A DNA stretch of 64,000 bases from NCBI GenBank assembly GCA_047967505.1, contig CM106538.1; one strand, given 5' to 3'. Of this stretch, positions 55,309-64,000 are shown in pieces. Positions within the stretch are counted from its first letter, which is position 1, and the number at the start of each line of letters is the position of its first letter. A model generated the notes under the pieces. It was not told the origin of the DNA. It worked only from the letters and a program-made list of their open reading frames with translations, and made no database searches. Made by a program: the position numbers and the translations under genes. The DNA is from Dipteris shenzhenensis (lineage: Eukaryota).

Positions 55309-56713
55309 GGGTAATCTGTTCCGTCAAAGTCTGCGGGGGCCAATCTATGGACCTTTGCATACGATCCGTGCTCTTGCAGAAAACGTCCCCCGTGACATAA
55401 TGGTGTAATGTCCATTTTTGGCCTCGCACTTTTAAAGTGGAAGCCTAAGTAACGATGCGTTACCTGTGAAAGCGAAAATGATTGTTTTGTTTATTTGATG
55501 GAAATGTTGTTGAAATGTCCCGATGCAAAACTTGGGTACATACATGGTCATGGGAATTGACGCGGCTTGGAAATGGTAGGAAAATTCGCTCGAGCATCCA
55601 TTGTTTCAAAGTAATTGTCGATAACCATTGTACTTGTTTGGACACAATGGATTTTAGGTGGGTAGATTCTTTTATAGTTAAAGTGTGATGCGATCATGTC
55701 AAGTTCATGTCCTCAAGCATGGAATTATAAGGTGATGTGACTAATGGCAGGCATGCTAGAAATCGATATGCAGTGTAAAAAAGACTATGACCAATCTAAT
55801 ATGCTTGAGTTGTTCCAATGTAACTGTTGGTAATCAATGCATTTGTACAGATATGACCAATTTGAGATCTATAGATTATTGTCGAGCCTTTGTTTACTAA
55901 GCACAAATGATGTTGTTCCATGAGATTTGCTAGTTATATTTGCTTTTAAGAACATTCAACCATGTTGATGTTGAAATCTCCTAAAGGAAAAGTTGGGTTA
56001 CTAGATGGTTTCTAAGCAGTACTTGTGCTTGGTGCTCTACGAAAGTGTGAAGGAGACATGCCTTGATCCGCTATTTTGAAATAATTGACTAACACCAAAG
56101 CCCGATAGAAATAGTAATAAAAAATGGCACCAAATTTCCATCTTTGCCATTTTTTACGTATGAAATGGCAAGCATTTCTCAAAGAGCCATATATTTGATA
56201 GAAATGGAAGTTGGAAATGGCAACGAGATTTTTGCCCCAAAAAAAAAGGCAATGAGATCCTCAACCTACAATTTCTTCTACAAAGAAATGGCAATAGGAA
56301 AGGGCAACATTTTCTTGTCTACCATTTCTTAGGATTAAATGGTAGCACAAAATGGCAAATATTCCTTCATTGCCATTCTTATGAAGAAATGGGAGAAAGA
56401 GACAACTTTACGGATGTACAACTATATAAACTTGACAAGGACTCATTTTTGAAAAACATCACGGACTCAAATATGATTTCCCTCCTAAACAAGTGTTCCC
56501 GCTTGTACGAATCAAAGATTCAAATGTGCTTTCTTGAGTGTAGGATTAGGCCTATTTCCCCCCCCAGTTCTCCTGCTCGCACTTTCCATCCATGGAAATA
56601 GGCACCCTAGGGCATCTTTTTTGCCTAAACGGGCTTTGTTGCTACTTTTCCTCCTAGTTCTCTCACTTGCATTTCACCCATTTGCAAGTTTGGTTCTCTT
56701 TCATGAATCATCC

Positions 56714-57770
56714 ATGGCAACAAGTAACCTAAGGCATCCCAATGTGAAGCAGTGTGTAACTCAGAATGCAGAAGACCAAGACATAGAGGTGAGAGTTGTT
56801 TCTCGGTGACCTACAACATGCATATCATCTATAGAGTTTGCCACCAATAGGGTGTATGCAGATGGTCACTGGCAAAAGATGGTTGTGTCGAAAGGAAGTT
56901 GGGTGCCAATGGAAAAAACCACAGTCGAATAACATATTTCTGGCCTCTTGGAAAGGCAGGGGCAAAGATTTCAAAACAATAGATGTTAAGAAAAGTATTA
57001 AGGAAATACTAAGTCGAGCATGTATATATGCGCAATGAACTTGTGTTGCTTGATTATCTAGATTATCTTTCACGAAATAGGACCAATTGTGAGCTTTTAA
57101 TCCTTTCAGTTTCAGAATGAAGAATGCTAGCCAGTGGAGTGCATTTTGGGATTCTTGGATGTCTTGCATGGAGCAATAGGAGAATTACAATATCAAGGTA
57201 GAGCTACAACTCAATTGGCACATATAGGTATCTTCTTCTATGACCATTTTCATGAATTGTTGAACAAAAAAAACACTCATGATGTCTTGAGGAAACAAGA
57301 TCTTCTGCCATGGAATACGATAGACTGGCGAGTGCCCCCTAGTAGTGTGACAGAGACATACATGACTAAGCTATTTGCAAAAGTTCAGTGATCTTTATGG
57401 CCAGGCATTTCTACAAGAATTGTGAAAATCAATGTATGCATGCCAATCACTGCCTTTGTTGATCTCTTTAACAAGTATCCAATCAAGGTGTGCAAAACAA
57501 TGCTCACCTATAAAGCAACTGGAAATGAAGAGAACCTTAACTTCTTGGATCATGGTTGGGATAAATCAATATCAAACAAGGTCTACTATGAGGTGGTGCC
57601 AAGTACGGTTACCATTAAGTATATGATTGCAATCCATAATTTTATAATTTCTTTTTACTACAAACATAGTAGGTTCATAGCGGATAAATTAGTTCTTATG
57701 GACCAAGACCTTAACTTGTTTGGCCCTAAAAACAAAATATTGGACATCAAGGTCTATGAAGATGGAATAT
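56714..57770 (+). pseudogene. Decayed paralog of cargo gene A (BAH-like)
   Basis: NIFLASWKGR, CILGFLDVLHGAIGELQYQGR, FLDHGWDK and NFIISFYYK are colinear with 6045-7323; stops, frameshifts and a 3' truncation. Confidence 0.85.
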
Positions 57771-57954
57771 TGGGTAATCTCAATAGGATAGTGTTGTACA
57801 CATTAGGGAAGATTTGGCGTCTCAAAAGGGCCTCTAATTAGTGTTTCATAATTTCAAGGGATTAGAGAGGGATTTGAGGTGTTCCAATGTTTGTGTGGGG
57901 CAATGGTACATTGAGGTGTACAAAAGGACATGTTGTGCATTTATAGGTGGGGAG

Positions 57955-60681
57955 TGTTAGATATCAATGCTCCACTCTCATGTAACTATGCGGGAACTAG
58001 CTAACTCTACTTGTAAGCCCCCCATATGAGGAGAAGGCATTTGAGTAGCTCAGTTATTCGGTAGGTCCTAGTTTGGACACCAGATGGGGGTCATGTGTGG
58101 CCTGATGGCTAGACAGCTTCAGATAGAGTTGGCACACTGCCAACTAGGCTAGATGCAAGTGCGAGAGGCATCCCTTGACGGACCACATTGAGGGTAGATG
58201 GATAATTTCTCGGGGCAGCCCACTCTCAAGCCACAAGGCCCGTTTGGAGCCCCAGATGATCCCAGATGTATTCTACACCACGGTTCTAATGTGTGGTTAG
58301 TGGCCTATTTTCAGTTGGCTGACTGGGTCGGTCTCCCAATTGGGTCTCACCGACTACGACTGGTGGCTATATAAGAGCAAGCCTGTGAAGCCCATCATCG
58401 TCACTGCCTATAGCAACCCTGATTCCTTAGCATCTAGCCTCCGTCCTCTACTGTTTCCAGCATGCCATCAAAGCTTCTCACACAGGAGCACATGGTTGGG
58501 AGGCAGCGCCCTCTATTGTATCAGTTTTACAGTAATCAAATCTTTGATTCTCCATACTATCTGCTTTTCTCTCTTGCATACGAGATCGTGTTATCTATTG
58601 AGCACAGACGTTGTATTGTTTTCTTGCATGGTATAAGAGCTTGGGCTCTAGCAAGAAGATTTGGTAGTGTGTTTTTGTTTGCAAGCAGATTGTCAGAGAT
58701 GGTCTAGCCTGCAAGACTATGAATCCCACCATTCAGTGAAAGCGGAAAGTTGAACGGCACTAACTATCCACTCTGGAAGTTTAAGATGAAGACCATCCTA
58801 AGCGCATACGAGCTTTGGGATACTACTACTGGGGTGGAGGTGAAGTCGGTTGCGAGACCAAATCCAGCCAATGCAAGAGAACAGATAGTACCAACTGCGG
58901 ATCATATTCTCGCATGGACAAGAAGAAATGCAGATGCGTTGTATTCTATTATCTGCAGTGTAAGTGATTCTGTCATGGTGTTAATTCAACATGTCACCAC
59001 AGCGAAGGAGGCATGGACGGTCTTGACAAATCAGTATGAGACCATGAATTAGATGCAGATTCAGAATCTGGAGACTCAACTGACGAAAGAGAAACTTTCT
59101 GAGTCTGAAACGGCAGAGAAGTTCATCACCAGGGTGAAGAATCTGTGCGATCAGATGACTGCGATTGGCATCACCATCACCAGCAAGAATCTAGCACGAA
59201 GGTGCATACGGATTCTCCCACCAAAGTATGACAGTCTTGTTATGACCCTGAATACGTAGAACAAAAATCCGGCCCTTAACTTTGAGAATTTCAGCGCGAT
59301 GCTTCTGGAGGAGGAGATGCGTCAAAAGACAAGGACTGGAGGAGATGCGTTAAAAGATGAGGACTAAAGAAGATTCAGTTTTCTCGACTGGATCAAAGAA
59401 AGGTAAGGGTAAGGAATCTGGTAACCCATCTTCTTCTAATGATAGAAAGAGAAAGAAGAAGATCAAGTGCTTCTATTGCAACAAGGTAGGGCACAAGCAG
59501 AATGAGTGCCAGAAGAAGATTGCAGATGCAAAGAACAAAGTAAAGAAAGAGTCCAACAATAGTGCACAGGCAGTACCAGTAGAGCTGTTTGTAGCAATTG
59601 AGGAGATTTGCACGGAGGCAGTTCATGTACCTGTGGATGAACCTTGGATTATTGACAGTGGTGCATCGCGCCACATGACCAGTCAGAAGGATTGGTATAT
59701 CTCTCTACATCCAGTAGGGAATGACATCCTGGTACGAGTTGGCAACGATGCAAAATGTCCAGCAAAAGGAAAAGGTACGATTGATCTCAAGTCAGATGGA
59801 GTTGTAAAACAGTTGTCCAATGTTCTTTATGTGCCAGATATTAAGAGGAACTTATTGTCTGTTTTTGCGATCATGGATTGGGACCTCAAAGTTCACTTCG
59901 ATAAGAATGGCACACAGATTTTGGATCTTCAAGGGAAGGTCATTGGTAAAGGTACACGGCGCAATAACATCTACAAACTCTCAGCTTTCAGTGCTCAAGC
60001 CGATGTGAGAAACACTAAGCTATGGCATGAGAGGTTTGGTCATCTAAACCTTAGTTCTTTAAAGGAGATGCATAAAAGTGGAATGATTGTAGACCTACCA
60101 GAAATTACAAATCTGCCCGATGTATGTGAAGCTTGCATGATGGGCAAGCAACATCGGCAGCCCTTTCCTAAAGAGGCCAGCAGGGCAAAGGCTCCTCCAG
60201 AGCTCGTTCACACGGACCTTTGCGGAATGATGGAGATGGAAGCTTTGGGTGGTTCCTACTACTTCATGATGCTGATCGACGACTACAGTAGAAGGATATG
60301 GATATACTTCATGAAGACTAAAGATGAGGCTTTTGGTAGGTTCAAAGAATGGCATGTAATGGTCGAGAAAGAAACGGGGAGGAAGGTGAAGAAGTTGAGA
60401 TCAGACAGAGGTGGTGAGTTCACATCAATTGAATTCAAAAATTACTGCAAAAGTCAAGGGATTAAGAGGCAGAAACCATGCCACATACATCACAGCAAAA
60501 TGGAGTAGTAGAGCGCAAGATGCACATCATCTGCGAAATGGGTAGGAGTATGATGAAACAAAAGATTTGCCAAAGACTTTCTGGCTGAAGCATGTAACAC
60601 AACAGTTTACATTCTAAATCATAGCTACACGAAGGCTATGAATGGGATGACTCCACTGCAAGCCTTTTCTGGTAAGAAACC
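57955..60681 (+). mobile_element. Ty1/Copia element A: LTR 57955-58628, PBS 58629-58640, gag-protease-integrase (with stops), cut at 60681
   Basis: TG..CA LTR; TGGTATAAGAGC PBS; LNGTNYPLW, CFYCNKVGH..EC, WIIDSGAS, LWHERFGH..CEAC, LRSDRGGEF. Confidence 0.9.
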
Positions 60682-63600
60682 TGTAAGAAAATAATACAAC
60701 GTCTGTGCTCAACAGATAACAGGATCTTGTACGCAAGAGAGAAAACAAGATAGTATGGAGAATCAAAAATTTGATTACTGTAGAACTGATACAATAGATG
60801 GCTCCCAATCGTGCGCTCTGTGAAAGAGCATGCTAGAAATAGCAGAAGACGAAGAATGGATGCTAAGGAATCAGGGTTGTTATAGCCAATGATGAAATGG
60901 GCTTCATGAGCTTGCCCTTATATAGCCACCAGTCATAGTCGATTAGGCTCAATTGGGTGACCGACCTAGTCCACCCAAAACGGTCAACTGGGGGTCGGTC
61001 CCGAAATAGGCCACCAACCATACGATAGAACCGGTGCGCAAAACAGAGCAACTAACCTACGGTAACCATTTGGCCCAGAGCCATCTGGGATCATTTGAGG
61101 CTCCAAACGGGCCCCGCAACCTGAGAGTGGGCTACCTCAGGAAATGCTTCGTCTACCCTCAGTGCAGTCAGTCAAGGGATACCTTCCCACACTTGCATGT
61201 AGCCTAGTTGGCGGTGTGCCAACTCTATCTGAAGCCGTCCAGCCATTAGGCCACACATGGCCCCTATCTGGTGTCCAAACTAGGACCTACCAAATAACCA
61301 AGCTACTCAAATGCCTTCTCCTCATATGGGGGGCTTACAAGTAGAGTTAGCTGGTTCCTGCGTAGTTACACGAGAGTGGAATCTAACAACCCCCTCAATG
61401 TCCACCCGCAAGTGAACTTACTTTTTCGGGCCAATGCCAAGTCGATGAAGATGCCTCTCCAGCAAATCTCTTCCAAGAGCCTTCGTGAAGATGTTCGCAA
61501 CATTCTCTGTAGTCGAACAGTACTCCAAGTCGACCTCTCCATCCATGATGAGCTCACGTACAAAGTGATATTGAATCTCAATGTGTTTTATGCGAGCGTG
61601 GAACATCGGGTTCTTTGCAATCGCCATGCAACTCTGATTGTCACATGATAATTGTGTAGGCTTGTTCTGCAAACTGCACCCATGTCCCCCGAAATCCTCC
61701 TCAACCACACTGCCTCGCAAGAAGCAAAGCATGCAGACTTGTACTCGGCCTCGGTAGAAGAAAGAGCAACTGTGGGTTGATTCTTGCTGACCCATGACAT
61801 AACTCCAGATCCAAGTGAGAAATAGTACCCTGTCACTGATCTCCTACTGTCCACGTCTCCTGCCCAATCTGAGTCATAGAATCCAGTCAAGATGTTGCCC
61901 TTGGTATAGGTGATGCCATAATCAAGTGTGCCTTTGATGTATTTTAGCACCCACATCCTTGCCCTCTAATGGTTCTCCCAGGGCTTATTGGAAAACCTGC
62001 TTAGTACACCAGTCGCAAAACTGATGTCCGGTCGTTTGTTGCAAAGGTACAAGCCTTCTGTACTTTGCTTCATCCATCAATGGTGATGAATCCTCGTTTG
62101 AGAGCTTCGCGTCAACCTCCATAGGGGTACTAACTGTCTTGCACTCAGCCATGCCAAATGCCTTTAGTATCTCTCCAGAGCATACTTCAACTGTGAAATG
62201 AAGATCTATTTCGGCTCCTACCAAACTTCAATCCCCAAACAGAAATGCATCAGTCCGAGGTCTATCATTTCAAACTCTCTTCCTAGCAAATGCTTTGTCT
62301 GCGAGATCTTCTCTTCCCGATTCCTTGTTATGACAAGGTTGTCCACATAAAGGACCACGATCATACACCTGCCTCCTCTAAAGATATACAAGTTTGCATC
62401 TGATGGGCTCCTCCTGAACCATTTTGCAGAAAGTAGGCATCAATTTGCTGGTACCACGCTCGTGGGGCTTGTTTTAGCCCGTAAAGTGCCTTCTTCAGTT
62501 GCAAACTTTACCTTCTAAACCGGGAATCTCAAAACCTGGTGGTTGTTCCACGTATACCTCCTCCTTGAGATCTCCATTCAGAAAGGCAGATTTCACATCC
62601 ATCTGAAACACGGGCCAACTTCCCTGGGTAGCTAAAGCCAAAACACTGTGAATTGTGGTTAGTTGAGCTGTGGGAGCAAAAGTATCTTGATAATCAAAAC
62701 CATGTGCCTGTGCAAATCCTTTTGCCATGAGCCAAGACTTGTACTTATCCAACGTGCTGTCGAACTTGTACTTGGTCTTGTACACCCACTTGCTTCCAAT
62801 TACCTTGCGTTTTGGTGGTCGATCCACAAGGTCCCAAGTGTTGTTCTTCATTATGGAGCCATACTCTGACTGCATAGCCTCCATCCACCTATCATCGCCC
62901 TGTGCCTCTTCAAGACACTTGGGTTCATCAGCACGGATCACTTCTGTCATTAAAGCATAGTTGACCAAGTGTTCCTGCACCCTTCTTTACTCCTCTAATC
63001 TCTTGGACCAACGGTGTTCGGATGGTTTCTCCTCAATGGCTGGAGGTTCTGTGCCATCTAAAAGCTACTTTACCCACTTCGGGAATAGCCGTTGCTGTTG
63101 TGGTTCTACAGGCACTTCTTCATCTTCTTTGTCTTGAATCCTCCCAAGCACCGTTGGGAGAGTTCGGTTTGCTGTTGGTGGCGGTAGTGGATGGATATCC
63201 TACTGGTCTTGGTTGTCTTGGAAGGAAGCATCCTCCTCCAATTGATGCGGTTGTTTTGAGAAGACCACATCACGACTTACAATTACCTTCTTGGTAACAG
63301 GGTTATAGAGACGGTAACCCTTCGCCTCTTCACTGTAGCCCAAGAAAATATAGTTCCGGCTCTTTGGTTCCCATTTGGTCTTGGTAGCATCAGGGACGTA
63401 CAAAACAGTCACGTCCAAAAACTCTGAAATGTGCAACTGAAAGTTTCTTACCAGAAAAGGTCTGCAGTGGAGTCGTCCCATTCATAGCCTTCATGTAGCT
63501 ATGATTAAGAATGTAAACTACAGTGTTACATGCTTCAGCCCAAAAAGTCTTTGGCAAATCTTTCCCTTTCATCATACTCTAGCCCATTTCGCAGATGACA

Positions 63601-64000
63601 CGCATCTTGCGTTCTGCTACTCCATTTTGCTGTGATGTATGTGGCAGGGGTTTCTGCCTCTTGATTTCGTGACTTTTGCAGTAACTTTTGAATTCAGTTG
63701 ATGTGAACTCTCCACCTCTGTCTGATCTTAACTTCTTCACCTTCCTCCCCGTTTCTTTCTCGACCATTACATGCCATTCCTTGAACCTACTAAAAGCCTC
63801 GTCTTTAGTCTTTAGGAAGTATATCCATATCCTTTTACTGTAGTCGTTGATCAGCGTCATGAAGTAGTAGGAACCACCCAAAGCTTCCATCTCCATATTT
63901 CTATAGAGGTCTGTGTGAACGAGCTCTAGAGGAGCCTTTGCCCTGTTGGCCTCTTTAGGAAAGGACTACCGATGCTGCTTGCCCATCATGCAAGCTTCAC
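60682..64000 (-). mobile_element. Ty1/Copia element B (same family) inserted in opposite orientation: 3' LTR 60682-61388, PPT, RNase H, RT, integrase; runs off the window
   Basis: LTR is the reverse complement of the 57955-58628 family; minus-strand [40 protein letters not shown]. Confidence 0.92.

Overview
Repeat-rich, intron-containing land-plant genomic DNA (fern-like by gene style and repeat content; inference only). There are two host genes: an intact OPR3-type 12-oxophytodienoate reductase (53659-55308, +) and a sugar transporter (STP family, minus strand) whose third exon is split by a 12,237-bp DNA element (5554-17790). That element is the main discovery. It has 32-bp terminal inverted repeats starting CATTAGG and appears to have inserted with no target-site duplication. 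It encodes a decayed RAG1/Transib-like DDE transposase plus three intact-looking spliced cargo genes: a histone H3-fold protein lacking K9 fused to an Ulp1/C48 protease, a BAH-like plus ubiquitin-like protein, and an acidic unknown. Two inverted arrays of palindromic tandem repeats flank its central divergent promoter. Elsewhere are a second decayed H3-like gene, a decayed paralog of the BAH-like gene, a SET-domain remnant, a hAT relic, LINE fragments, Gypsy and Copia relics (including an inverted same-family Copia nest) and several local tandem duplications. All domain calls come from motif recognition by eye, not database searches.
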